Part shown: piece after piece, positions 28,336-37,770 of the stretch
Layout of the letters: each line of letters starts with the position of its first letter
Numbering within the stretch: the first letter of the stretch is position 1
Assembly (NCBI GenBank): GCA_963555985.3
Contig: OY820591.1
Span: 2,624,001 to 2,688,000 of the forward strand
Direction of reading: 5' to 3'
Length of the DNA: 64,000 bases
Source: Dehalococcoidia bacterium
Lineage (GTDB): Bacteria > Chloroflexota > Dehalococcoidia > Bin125
The notes under the pieces: generated by a model
Told to the model about the DNA's origin: nothing
What the model saw: the letters and a program-made list of their open reading frames with translations, nothing else
The model's database searches: none
Program-made: the position numbers and the translations under genes

Positions 28336-28660
28336 CTGTGCCGACCGCTATGCGTTCGAGCAACTGGCCTCGGAGTTCTTTGGCCTTCGGCGACAGTTCC
28401 CCAGGATCGGCCTGTGCGAACTCGCTCCAGTAAAGCTCCAGCGTTTCCTGTAGGACTTCGCCCAACTCCGAGCGGCTCTCCCCATAGCAGCGGATTCCGA
28501 AATCGCCTTCGAGGACATAGAGAGTCCCATCCTCATCCTCATGCAAAGTCACCTCGAACCGCAACGGTTCCCGCGCCGCCAACCGCCGACCATCCACCAC
28601 GATCTCACTCACCACGATCGGACTCTCGTCAACTTGCGTCTTCGGGTCAGTAGTAACCAT
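28325..28660 (-). CDS. HicB-like acidic antitoxin (copy 1)
   Basis: PLRFEV…GIRCYGESRSE…LYWSEFAQAD…LS; overlaps the toxin start. Confidence 0.65.
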   Translation of the reverse strand: MVTTDPKTQVDESPIVVSEIVVDGRRLAAREPLRFEVTLHEDEDGTLYVLEGDFGIRCYGESRSELGEVLQETLELYWSEFAQADPGELSPKAKELRGQLLERIAVGTDGA

Positions 28661-28703
28661 CAGCGAGATCCTTTGCCGTCCACCAAGGCTACTCCGTACC
28701 GCC

Positions 28704-29033
28704 TCATGCGGCATCGGACGCCTCGACGAAGATTCGACGCATTTCCGCGCCCAAGTGCTGCGCATCGCCAGACAACCTCGACTGATCTCCAACGGCAAAG
28801 TCGCGCCAAAAGATCTCAAGGTCATCTTCCAGTATGTCGATCAACAACTCCCGCGTCTCCGCGAACAGGTAGATGTCCAATGGGCCTTCGAGGTCGAAGA
28901 CCAGAGCTTCCGCGTCGTAGGTCACCTCGAACCGCAACGGCTCCCGCGCGATCAGGCGTTGGCCGTCCACTGTGATCTCGGACACCGTGACTGGGCTTTC
29001 GTCGATCAGCGGTTTTGGGTCGCTGGTGACCAT
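28704..29033 (-). CDS. HicB-like antitoxin paralogue (copy 2, no intact toxin)
   Basis: MVTSDPK…DESP…AREPLRFEVT, clearly homologous to copy 1; GGAG RBS. Confidence 0.65.
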   Translation of the reverse strand: MVTSDPKPLIDESPVTVSEITVDGQRLIAREPLRFEVTYDAEALVFDLEGPLDIYLFAETRELLIDILEDDLEIFWRDFAVGDQSRLSGDAQHLGAEMRRIFVEASDAA

Positions 29034-29143
29034 GAGCGCGCTCCTGCCGGATTCACCCGATCGGATGGCGCGGGCTGCAGCGGGGGCGGCGATAAACTGC
29101 CTGCGAACTACGTCCCACCGACCTGCCGACTGAGAGGCCAACC

Positions 29144-30745
29144 ATGCCCGTAGACCAGAATCGTGAATCGTGGAAGCCGGGACAGGACTGGCTGGGCGCG
29201 ATTGAGGAAATCAACTACATCAAAGAACTCGCCAAGGAGATGGGCGGCGAGTACGGCGTCGCCCGGCAGCACCGAGGCGGCCGCTACACCATCCGCGAGC
29301 GGATCGACAAGTTCCTTGACCCCGGCTCCTTCTTCGAGGCCGGCCCCCTGGTCGGCGGCTACGAGTACGACGACAACGGCGACCTGCGCGAGTTCACACC
29401 GGGCGCCTTCGTGATGGGCATGGGCCAGATCGACGGCCGCAACATCGTGATCGGCGGCGACGATTTCACGATCTCCGGCGGCTCGCCCCACAACGTCTCC
29501 AAGGGCGCCTCGCAGTTCGCCACCCCGCTGGCGGCTCAATACGGGCTGCCCTACGTCCAATTGATCGAAGGCGTCGGACACAGCGCCAAGCGCGACGAGG
29601 AAGAGGGCCGCATGGCCCTGCCCGGCGGTCAGACCTGGTGGCGTCACATCAACCTGCTCAACAAGGTGCCCGTCGCCTCCGGGATCATGGGCTCGGTCGC
29701 CGGCGCGCCAGCCGCCTTCGCCCTGCTCTCCCACTTCACCGTGATGATCAAGGGTCAGTCGCAGATCTTCCCCTCGGGACCGCCGGTGGTGCGACGCGCG
29801 ATCGGCGAGACCTTCAACAAGGAGGAGCTGGGCGGTTCGGCCGTCCACGTCTACCAGAGCGGACAAGTCGATAACGAGGCCGAATCCGAAGAGGACGCCT
29901 TCGACCAGATCAAGCAGTTCCTCTCCTACCTGCCCGACACCACCAACGACGTCACCGAGCGGGTGCACAACGGCGACGACCCCAACCGCCGCGTCGAGGA
30001 GCTGCTGCGCATCATCCCCGAGAACCGCAAGCGCGGCTACAACCCGCGCAAGCTGGTCAAGCTGGTCGTCGACCACGGCGAGTTCTTCGAGATGCGACCC
30101 CACTGGGGCGGTGCGATCATCACCGGCTTCGCCCGCCTCGGCGGCTACGCCGTCGGCGTCGTCGCCAGCGACCCCTACGTCATGGCCGGTGCCATGAACG
30201 GCGACGCCGCCGACAAGTTCACCCACTTCGTCGACCTCTGCGACGGCTTCAACCTGCCCATGCTGATCTTCCTCGACATGCCCGGCTTCATGCTCGGCTC
30301 GCAGGCCGAACTGAACCAGACCATGCGCCGAGGCACCCGCGCATTAATCGCCGCCTACGAGGCCGACGTGCCCAAGGTCGAGTTCAACATCCGCAAGAGC
30401 TACGGCGTCGCCGCCGACGCGCCCAACAGCATGGGCGAGCCGGCCGGTGTCAACATGCGTTTTGGCTGGCCCGCCGGCGAATGGGGCGGCATCCCAATCG
30501 AGGGCGGAGTCGCTGCCGCCTACCGACGGGAAATCGAGGCCGCAGAGAACCCCGAAGCCCACCGCGAGATGATCGAAAACCGCCTCCTCCGCCTCAGAAG
30601 CCCGATGAAGGCCGCCCACAACTTCGACGTGATCGACCTGATCGATCCCAGGGATACGCGCCGGATCGCCTTCCGCTTCATCGACGCCGCCCAACCTATG
30701 CTCAAGCGCCTCGCCCAGCGCCCAAAACGAATCATCCGCCCCTAG
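29144..30745 (+). CDS. Acyl-CoA carboxylase carboxyltransferase (beta) subunit
   Basis: RERIDKFLDPGSF, DDFTISGG, EELGGS.VH, DMPGFMLG, IDPRDTR. Confidence 0.93.
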   Translation: MPVDQNRESWKPGQDWLGAIEEINYIKELAKEMGGEYGVARQHRGGRYTIRERIDKFLDPGSFFEAGPLVGGYEYDDNGDLREFTPGAFVMGMGQIDGRNIVIGGDDFTISGGSPHNVSKGASQFATPLAAQYGLPYVQLIEGVGHSAKRDEEEGRMALPGGQTWWRHINLLNKVPVASGIMGSVAGAPAAFALLSHFTVMIKGQSQIFPSGPPVVRRAIGETFNKEELGGSAVHVYQSGQVDNEAESEEDAFDQIKQFLSYLPDTTNDVTERVHNGDDPNRRVEELLRIIPENRKRGYNPRKLVKLVVDHGEFFEMRPHWGGAIITGFARLGGYAVGVVASDPYVMAGAMNGDAADKFTHFVDLCDGFNLPMLIFLDMPGFMLGSQAELNQTMRRGTRALIAAYEADVPKVEFNIRKSYGVAADAPNSMGEPAGVNMRFGWPAGEWGGIPIEGGVAAAYRREIEAAENPEAHREMIENRLLRLRSPMKAAHNFDVIDLIDPRDTRRIAFRFIDAAQPMLKRLAQRPKRIIRP

Positions 30746-30817
30746 GTTCCTCGACAAGCTCACGCCAAGAGGCGAGTTGCCACGCGCACCGACACCAGAG
30801 GAAGCGAGTGAGGCGGG

Positions 30818-31129
30818 CTAGTCGGCTAACAGGGTCAATCCCGCAGGCATGGCTGCCATGTCGGAACGAATCTGCTCGATTCCTCTGCGGAGTACGTCTG
30901 GGTCTTCTCGCAACCTCTTCGTGGCCTCCGGATTGAAGTACCTCTGATTGGCGGAACGGAGCGTCTGTTCCGAGTCGCAATAGAACAGGACTACTTCAAC
31001 GCCATCGCGGCCCAGATGTTGCAAGGTCTCCATTTCGAGAACTCGAAAAGCCTCGGTGTCCTCGTCGAATTCCTGCACCCGTGGATCTTCGTCTGCGCGC
31101 GGATCGTATGTCAGCACGAAGTACTTCAT
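30818..31129 (-). CDS. Putative toxSAS antitoxin (CapRel C-terminal-like domain)
   Basis: MKYFVLTYD…EF…EVVL…S…LR..N.RYF; ATGA-coupled to the SAS gene. Confidence 0.6.
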   Translation of the reverse strand: MKYFVLTYDPRADEDPRVQEFDEDTEAFRVLEMETLQHLGRDGVEVVLFYCDSEQTLRSANQRYFNPEATKRLREDPDVLRRGIEQIRSDMAAMPAGLTLLAD

Positions 31130-31908
31130 GGCGCCGCTCCTGGTTCAGGAAAGAGGGTAGCCCATAGGCGGATCAGACTGGCTTCTTGCTCCGCCACATC
31201 GGCTTCGAGTGTTTCGCGATAGCTCCGGACTACCTGTAGCTGGGCATCGTCAATTTGGTCTGCGACTATGTCCTCAAAGATTACTCCTGCCATCAATTCG
31301 TAATTCCTGAGGTCAGTAAGCCGGACCATCTTGCTGAAGCTGTCGAGCAGGACGTGGATTTCATTCGGACCGCCGCCGTACTTGACTTCGATTCCCTCCG
31401 AAGCGGCAGCACGCTCGGTGAGTTGAGCCCATGCGTGCTGGATCCGCGTGCGGATCTGCAACTCGACTGCATGTCCGTCACCGCTCTTCAGCGTCAGGTG
31501 CACGGCCCGATAGCCATTGTTCGAGTCGGAACGATAGTCCCTGGTTCTGGTGACAGTGAGCTTCGCACACTGCAGGATGAACTGATCGACCTCGGTCAAT
31601 GAAGGCAGTATGACCCTGCATCCCGCGATGTCTTCCAAGTCGGAGAGGCTGGTGCGTTGCCTGATCAGCTTGGCGCGCACGGAAGATATCTGCTTGATTC
31701 GCGCGGATATCTGAAAGTCGTCGGACGCTGGCCCACGCTCGGCGATTTCCCGGACCTTGGCTTCGATCTCGCTGAGGGAAGGCCCAAATCCCTGACTCCA
31801 GAGGATGTAGGCCGACACATCTTCTTGGGAAGGCACCTCGGCATTCCGCAAGCGCGAGCCGAGCTTACGAATTTGATTCTTGGAGAACGTGTGTGGTGCG
31901 TCGTTCAT
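31126..31908 (-). CDS. Small alarmone synthetase (RelA/SpoT domain), CapRel-like toxSAS
   Basis: RIKQISS..AKL, DIAGCRVI, GYRAVHL, ELQIRTRIQHAWA; start trimmed to MNDAPH. Confidence 0.88.
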   Translation of the reverse strand: MNDAPHTFSKNQIRKLGSRLRNAEVPSQEDVSAYILWSQGFGPSLSEIEAKVREIAERGPASDDFQISARIKQISSVRAKLIRQRTSLSDLEDIAGCRVILPSLTEVDQFILQCAKLTVTRTRDYRSDSNNGYRAVHLTLKSGDGHAVELQIRTRIQHAWAQLTERAAASEGIEVKYGGGPNEIHVLLDSFSKMVRLTDLRNYELMAGVIFEDIVADQIDDAQLQVVRSYRETLEADVAEQEASLIRLWATLFPEPGAAP

Positions 31909-31924
31909 CACCCCACAGTACGCC

Positions 31925-31962
31925 ACACACCCGCCAGCCGGCGTTCGTGCTGGCGGGTGTGT
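31925..31962. terminator. 14-bp perfect inverted repeat between the amidohydrolase and SAS genes
   Basis: ACACACCCGCCAGC … GCTGGCGGGTGTGT; no U-tract. Confidence 0.5.
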
Positions 31963-31972
31963 CAAGCGAACA

Positions 31973-33703
31973 TCACCCTCGACCGTGGCGGAGGAGTTTG
32001 CCTGGGGTGGAGCCGGTCTCGTTGCCGTCCTCCATGGTGACTTCGCCGTTGACGAGGATGTAGCGGTAGCCGCTGGGGCGCTGGACTCGACGCCATTCGC
32101 CTCCAGGGAAGTCGTAGACGATCTCGCCGGTCCACTCCGGCGTGATGTTGAGCGCGTCGAGGTCGTAGATGACTACGTCGGCGGGCGCGCCCTCGACCAG
32201 GGTGCCGCGGTCGCGGAAGCCGGCGGCGCGGGCGGGCAGGTTGCTGAGGCGGTAGTGGGCTTCCTCCAGCGAGAGCCGACCCGTGTCCCGAACCAGCCAC
32301 ATGAGGAAGTCGGTCGGGTAGCTGCCGGCGGTGAGGAACTTGGTGTGCGCGCCGCCGTCGGAGACGCCGGGGATGCAGTAGGGCGAGGTGATCATCTCGG
32401 CCGTCCACTCGTCGTTCTGCTCGCGCATCGGGGTCAAGAACTCGGCCGCAAGGTCGGTCTCCAGGGCGAGATCGAGCATCGCGTGGACGGGGTGGCAGCC
32501 GCGCAGCTCGGCGACCTGACCGACGGTCATGCCGACATACTGCTCAAGCTCGTCGAGGTGGGCGAGATCCTGGATCAACAGTTCCTCGATCGGGCCGCCC
32601 AGGGCCTGGGTTTGACCGAGCTTCTTGATCGCCTCATCGATCTCGTCGATGATCCGCGCCCGCACCTCAGGATCGCCCATCTTCGCCTTGCGCTCCTCGC
32701 GGGTACCGGTGGTGGCGTAGTTCCAGGCGGGAGAGGAGTCGTAGAGGTTCCAGTCCTCAAGCGTGAAGGTGAAGGCGGCGCGGATGGTGGCGGCCTGTCC
32801 GAAGATGCGCTCGCCGCGCGCGTTGCACTCTTCGAGCCACTTCATGCGGTTGCGGTGCAGGTCGGCGTTCTTGGGGTTGACGGCGATCAGGTTGTGCAGG
32901 ATCGGCCGCTTCGAGACCGCTGCCAGTGCCGACTGGAAGGCGAGGTCCTTGTCGAGATCGCCGGTGAACTGGGTGATCTGGATGAAGCCCTCGTCGCGCT
33001 TGGCCAGGACTTCGCCGAGCGCGAGGCACTCGTTGTCCGACATGATGTCGGTCACCATCGGCGTGCCGTCGTAGTCGGCCTGGACCGAGTTCTCGCCCAG
33101 CCGCTGGGTCGACCAGCCGCAAGCGCCGGCGTCCATCGCTTCGTCGAGCAGGCGCTGCATCTCGCGGATCTCGTCATCGCTGGCGCGGCGGCTCTTGGCC
33201 GCCTCCAAGCCCATCACCCAGGTCATCAACGGGGCCAGAGGCATGTAGCTGAGGCAGTTGACGCCCTTGGGGATGCGATCGAGCGTGTCGAGGAACTCGG
33301 GGAAAGTAACCCAGTCCCAGATCATGCCTTCCTTCATCGACTCGAAGGGGATCGCCTCGGTGCGCGACATCGTCAGCATCGCGCGGTCGCGCTCCTCGAT
33401 CCGCACGGGAGCGAAGCCGAAACCGCAGTTGCCCAGCACGACCGAGGTGACGCCGTGCCAACCGGAGATCGTGCAGTAGGGGTCCCACTGGATCTGGGCG
33501 TCGTAGTGCGTGTGCAGGTCAACGAAGCCGGGCGCGACGATGTGGCCTTCCGCATCGAGCACGCGGTCGGCGTCGGAGGGCGACATGCGCCCGCCGACCT
33601 GAGCGACCTTGCCGTCCTTGAGGCCGACATCGGCGACGAACTTGGGGAAGCCGGTGCCGTCGACGACGGTGCCTCCGCGAATGATGGTGTCGAACTGGGC
33701 CAT
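31973..33703 (-). CDS. N-acyl-D-amino-acid deacylase family amidohydrolase (paralogue 1)
   Basis: APGFVDLHTHYD, GNCGFGFAP, SDGGAHT, GAPADVV. Confidence 0.92.
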   Translation of the reverse strand: MAQFDTIIRGGTVVDGTGFPKFVADVGLKDGKVAQVGGRMSPSDADRVLDAEGHIVAPGFVDLHTHYDAQIQWDPYCTISGWHGVTSVVLGNCGFGFAPVRIEERDRAMLTMSRTEAIPFESMKEGMIWDWVTFPEFLDTLDRIPKGVNCLSYMPLAPLMTWVMGLEAAKSRRASDDEIREMQRLLDEAMDAGACGWSTQRLGENSVQADYDGTPMVTDIMSDNECLALGEVLAKRDEGFIQITQFTGDLDKDLAFQSALAAVSKRPILHNLIAVNPKNADLHRNRMKWLEECNARGERIFGQAATIRAAFTFTLEDWNLYDSSPAWNYATTGTREERKAKMGDPEVRARIIDEIDEAIKKLGQTQALGGPIEELLIQDLAHLDELEQYVGMTVGQVAELRGCHPVHAMLDLALETDLAAEFLTPMREQNDEWTAEMITSPYCIPGVSDGGAHTKFLTAGSYPTDFLMWLVRDTGRLSLEEAHYRLSNLPARAAGFRDRGTLVEGAPADVVIYDLDALNITPEWTGEIVYDFPGGEWRRVQRPSGYRYILVNGEVTMEDGNETGSTPGKLLRHGRG

Positions 33704-34163
33704 AGCGGTTCCTTCCGGGGCCAGAATGCTGCGTCGGTGCGCACGTTGCAGATGTGGCGCAATATACAGACTTCAGCGCGGGGTCAAGGGCTGCGCGCCT
33801 GCGGAGTGTTCAGCGCGAATTTTTTTTTCTGCGGGGCCCAGAGAAAAAAGGCGGAATTGCCTGTGTTTTCTGGGGTTTTCGAGATCGGGGCGTTCAGTTT
33901 CTGGTTAGTGTTGTTCAGTATTGGAGCCGGCATCGGGTCGTCCTTCAGGTTTGTTCAGCCGCGGTTGCAGGGAAGCGAGCTCGTCGCCGCAACGGTTGTT
34001 CTGTCCAGTGTAGACGGTTGGGATGGCGGCGTTGGTCACGGCGAGTGAGCCCAGCTTTCGCAGGGAAGGGCTCCGCGCCAAGCGCGGGTATTGCCGTATT
34101 GCAAGCGCGGGCCGCTGCCGGATGGCAACGGCCCGCGCGGGACTGAACGGTAGACGGCGGGAC

Positions 34164-35894
34164 TTAGCCGCGGCCGTGGCGGAGCAACTTGCCCGGGGTT
34201 GCTCCGGTCTCTTGGCCGTCCTGCATCGTGACTTCGCCGTTGACCAGGATCCACTTGTAGCCGTGCGGCTTCTGGACTCGGCGCCATTCGCCGCCGGGGA
34301 AGTCGTAGACGATCTCGCCCTGGAACTCGGGGTCGAGCTTGAGTTCGTCGAGGTCGTAGACGACGACATCGGCGGGCGCGCCTTCGACCAGGGCGCCGCG
34401 GTTGGTGAAGCCACCGGCGCGGGCGGGCAGGTAGCTGAGGCGGTAGTGGGCCTCTTCGAGGCTGACGCGGCCGGTGTCGCGCACCATCCACATGAGGAAG
34501 TCGGTCGGGTAGGAGCCGGCGGTGAGGAACTTGGTGTGCGCGCCGCCGTCGGAGACGCCCGGAATCGTGTAGGGCGAGTCCATGATCTCGGCCATGTGAT
34601 CCTCGTTGGCGTTGGTGACCTCGGTCAAGAACTCGGCCTTGAGGTCGGTCGCCAGGGCCAGGTCAAGCATCGCGTCGATCGGGTGCTTGCCCATCTTCTC
34701 GCCGACTTCGGCGAGAGTCAGACCGACGTACTCCTCCAGCTCGGGCTTGGCCTCAAGGTGCTGGATCATGACCTTCTCGATCGAGCCGCCGATGGCCTGG
34801 GTCTGGCCGAGCTTCTCGATCGCGTCGTCCATCTCGGCCTTGAGGCGCTGGCGCACGTCGGGGTCGGCGAACTTCTGCATCTTCTCCTCGATTGTGCCGG
34901 TGGTGGCGTAGTTCCAGGCCGGCGAGGAGTCGTAGAGGTTCCAGTCCTCGAGCGTGTAGGCGAAGGCCGAGCGGATGGTGAAGGCCTGGCCGAAGATGCG
35001 CTCGCCGCGGTCGTTGGCCTCGTCCAGCCACTTGAGCGACTTGGTGTGCGAATCCGGCCGCTGGCTGCTGGGCGCGATCACGTTGTGCAGGATCGGGCGT
35101 CCCGAAACCTCAGCCAGCTTGGCCTCGAAGGCGAGGTCGGACTTGATGTCGCCGGTGGCCTGGGTGATCTGGATGAAGCCCTCATCGCGGTCGCGCAGGA
35201 CTTCGGCCAGCGCCAGACACTCGTTGTCCGACATGATGTCGGTCACCATCGGGGTGCCGTCGTAGTCGGCCTGGACGGAGTTCTCGCCCAAACGCTGGGT
35301 TGACCAGCCGCAAGCGCCGGCGTCCATCGCCTCATGCAGCAGGCGCTGCATTTCCGCGATCTCGTCGTCGGTGGCGCGGCGGTTCTTGGCCGCCTCGAGG
35401 CCCATCACCCAGATCATCAGCGGGGCGATCGGCATGTAGCTGAGGCAGTTGACGCCCTTGGGGATGCGGTCGAGCGTGTCCAGCCACTCCGGGAACGAGA
35501 CCCAGTCCCAGATCATGCCTTCCTTCATCGACTCGAACGGAATCGCCTCGGTGCGAGACATCGTCAACATCGAGCGGTCGCGCTCCTCCGGGCGGACCGG
35601 AGCGAAGCCGAATCCACAGTTGCCCAGCACGACCGAGGTGACGCCGTGCCAGCCGGAGATCGTGCAGTACGGGTCCCATTGGATCTGGGCGTCGTAGTGG
35701 GTGTGGAGGTCAACGAATCCCGGTGCGACGATCTGGCCCTCGGCTTCGAGCACCTGGTCGGCGTCGGCCGGGTCCATCTTGCCGCCAATCTGGGCGACGA
35801 CTCCGTCCTTGATCCCCACATCCGCCTTGAAGCGGGGCACGCGGGTACCGTCGACGACGGTGCCCCCGCGGATCAGGATGTCGAATTTGGCCAT
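34164..35894 (-). CDS. N-acyl-D-amino-acid deacylase family amidohydrolase (paralogue 2)
   Basis: Same motifs and identical length (576 aa) as paralogue 1. Confidence 0.92.
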   Translation of the reverse strand: MAKFDILIRGGTVVDGTRVPRFKADVGIKDGVVAQIGGKMDPADADQVLEAEGQIVAPGFVDLHTHYDAQIQWDPYCTISGWHGVTSVVLGNCGFGFAPVRPEERDRSMLTMSRTEAIPFESMKEGMIWDWVSFPEWLDTLDRIPKGVNCLSYMPIAPLMIWVMGLEAAKNRRATDDEIAEMQRLLHEAMDAGACGWSTQRLGENSVQADYDGTPMVTDIMSDNECLALAEVLRDRDEGFIQITQATGDIKSDLAFEAKLAEVSGRPILHNVIAPSSQRPDSHTKSLKWLDEANDRGERIFGQAFTIRSAFAYTLEDWNLYDSSPAWNYATTGTIEEKMQKFADPDVRQRLKAEMDDAIEKLGQTQAIGGSIEKVMIQHLEAKPELEEYVGLTLAEVGEKMGKHPIDAMLDLALATDLKAEFLTEVTNANEDHMAEIMDSPYTIPGVSDGGAHTKFLTAGSYPTDFLMWMVRDTGRVSLEEAHYRLSYLPARAGGFTNRGALVEGAPADVVVYDLDELKLDPEFQGEIVYDFPGGEWRRVQKPHGYKWILVNGEVTMQDGQETGATPGKLLRHGRG

Positions 35895-36061
35895 GTCAGT
35901 CTCCTCAGTCTCGTTGCCGTGCAGGTGATCCAGACCGGGTGCGGATAGGCAACCGGTCAGTTGCGTAGCAGGATACGGAAGTCGGCGCGAGCGTGTCGAG
36001 CGGATCCGGTTCGGGCGACGAGAATGAACTCAGCGGATGGCAGTAGAGACCTTCGCGTTGA

Positions 36062-37186
36062 TCAGGAGGAATCGGCAGCAAACGTGCTGTACTCGAGCTT
36101 GGTGCGCAAGTCGTTGTGCGCGCTGTAAGGAATCAGGCGATCGTGCTGGAGTCGACCGACCACTATGCCGGGATGTACGCCGACATCATCCGCAAGCCGG
36201 TTGATGTTGACGCGAGAGCAAGTTTTGTGATGCCAAAAGGGCTCCCAGTCCTTGGGCGAAATCAGGAAATCGCGAGCGAAGTCGTCGGCCTCGCGCTCGG
36301 CGTCATCCTCTCGTGGCACACGGTCCAAATTGATATAGATGTTCCTGCGATGCTCCCTGAGCGCATGCGCCGCCTCGTGGAAGAAGGTGAACCAGAAAAC
36401 ATCGGCCCAGCCACGGAACAGGCTGAGCTGGATCAGTGGGCGACCATCTTCCATCCATCGGGTGACTCCGTTAGCGCCGGACTTGGGAACATGCGGTACC
36501 AGCTCCAAGTGGACGCCGGCCGCCGCACAGAGTAACTGCATCTGCTTCCAGAACCCCGGTTCAGAGGTGAGCTCTCGAATTCTGCCGAGATTCTGGCCGA
36601 ACAGCATCGGATCGAACGTCGACGATTGTTTGGTCTGCGTGTCCCACCGTCGCTCGATCACTTGCCACTCACCTTGCTGAAGCCAAGCCGCGAGCGCCCA
36701 TGGGTCGAACTTGGTCTTCTGAGTAATCCGAAACGCAGCCTCGTGTCGCCCAGTTTCAACTTCACTCAGGGTTTCGACGTCATACAGCACACGGAGTTCG
36801 CCAACGCGTTCCACTTCGGTGCCTAGATTTCGCATCCAACCGCGCTTGACAAACTCTCGCCAAGGAATATTTCGCTCTTTGACCAGCTCGATGTCGGCCC
36901 GCATTTCTGGTTCTGCCAAAAGGCGGCTCAGGGTCTCCTCGTAACTCTCCTGCAGCCTCCGCATCACCGCTGCCGGTAACCCCAGCTCAGACTCCAGGTC
37001 GTCTGCCAGTGGCTTTGTGATCGGTGCGCGGCCTCGAAGAACACGCTCAACGGACTTCGATGAGCGCCCAATCCGGCTGGCCAGGTCTTCAGAGGACCAG
37101 CCACGATCGTCTAGCTCATCGACCACGTAACGGCCGGGATGAATGGCCTGTCTCGGAAGAATGCCAGACTCCGAAGCGCTAGTCAT
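36062..37186 (-). CDS. higA: HigA-like antitoxin with HTH + ImmA/IrrE metallopeptidase domain
   Basis: IHPG…HTH, FWFTFFHEAAH (HExxH), EREADDFA, HPGIVVGRLQH. Confidence 0.85.
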   Translation of the reverse strand: MTSASESGILPRQAIHPGRYVVDELDDRGWSSEDLASRIGRSSKSVERVLRGRAPITKPLADDLESELGLPAAVMRRLQESYEETLSRLLAEPEMRADIELVKERNIPWREFVKRGWMRNLGTEVERVGELRVLYDVETLSEVETGRHEAAFRITQKTKFDPWALAAWLQQGEWQVIERRWDTQTKQSSTFDPMLFGQNLGRIRELTSEPGFWKQMQLLCAAAGVHLELVPHVPKSGANGVTRWMEDGRPLIQLSLFRGWADVFWFTFFHEAAHALREHRRNIYINLDRVPREDDAEREADDFARDFLISPKDWEPFWHHKTCSRVNINRLADDVGVHPGIVVGRLQHDRLIPYSAHNDLRTKLEYSTFAADSS

Positions 37187-37475
37187 AGTGATCCGTGTTC
37201 ACTTCTTGGACCCGGAGAAGTCCAGGTTTCGGGAAGGTCATAATCAGGCGCACGCCCTTGTCCTTGTTGAGGTCAATTGCGAACTGGCCCTCACGATCTC
37301 GCCTCAGCGGATGAAATCGCCAAGAAGACGGAATCTCCCGCGTAGATTCAATCTCCATGAGAAAACTCACCCTCTCCTGGTATTTTCGGCCTACCGCCCG
37401 GCCAAACGCCTTGGTGGCCTTGTTCACATCTGCCGCGCACTCGCGCAACTCGTCGGTGCGGAAGTGTACGTCCAA
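37179..37475 (-). CDS. higB: HigB-like (RelE superfamily) toxin
   Basis: RFHPLRRDREGQFAIDL…RL, ends DHYD; TTG start with GGAG RBS; lies upstream of higA. Confidence 0.85.
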   Translation of the reverse strand: MDVHFRTDELRECAADVNKATKAFGRAVGRKYQERVSFLMEIESTREIPSSWRFHPLRRDREGQFAIDLNKDKGVRLIMTFPKPGLLRVQEVNTDHYD

Positions 37476-37604
37476 CTCGCCTCTCCTCCGGTCAGACGCA
37501 CCCGCTCCATTGAGACTCTTGTTTCAATCATATGCGATGCAGCCTCCTGGGCCGCTCCAGCACTGAACAACCGACACAGAGCGATTTCCCGCGCCTCCAC
37601 CCCC

Positions 37605-37733
37605 TATACTGCGGAACATGGTGATGTGTGCAGTAGAGGGAGCTGATCCGCGGGCGACTCACGCCTGCGGAGTGCTCGGGGCCTGATGGGAGGCCGCCGC
37701 CCGATTCGTGGCACCGGCGGCCGCGTCTTTTTT
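37605..37733 (+). promoter_or_regulatory. leuA leader: -10 box and terminator-like hairpin (possible attenuator/T-box-like)
   Basis: TATACT at 37605; GGCCGCCG/CGGCGGCC stem (37692-37722) containing GTGGCACC, followed by T6. Confidence 0.45.
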
Positions 37734-37770
37734 CCTGCGAATCTCTGCTCTGACTACAGGAGTTCCCACT

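Noticed and set aside
31880-34048. Long antisense ORFs (722 aa here; also 25606-27615, 44053-46425, 50487-51974, 58585-61161)
   Set aside because: Shadow frames opposite well-supported genes, expected in high-GC DNA with strong codon bias; no motifs.
37618-37686. Classical Leu leader peptide upstream of leuA
   Set aside because: The 22-codon ORF has only one Leu codon and no RBS.
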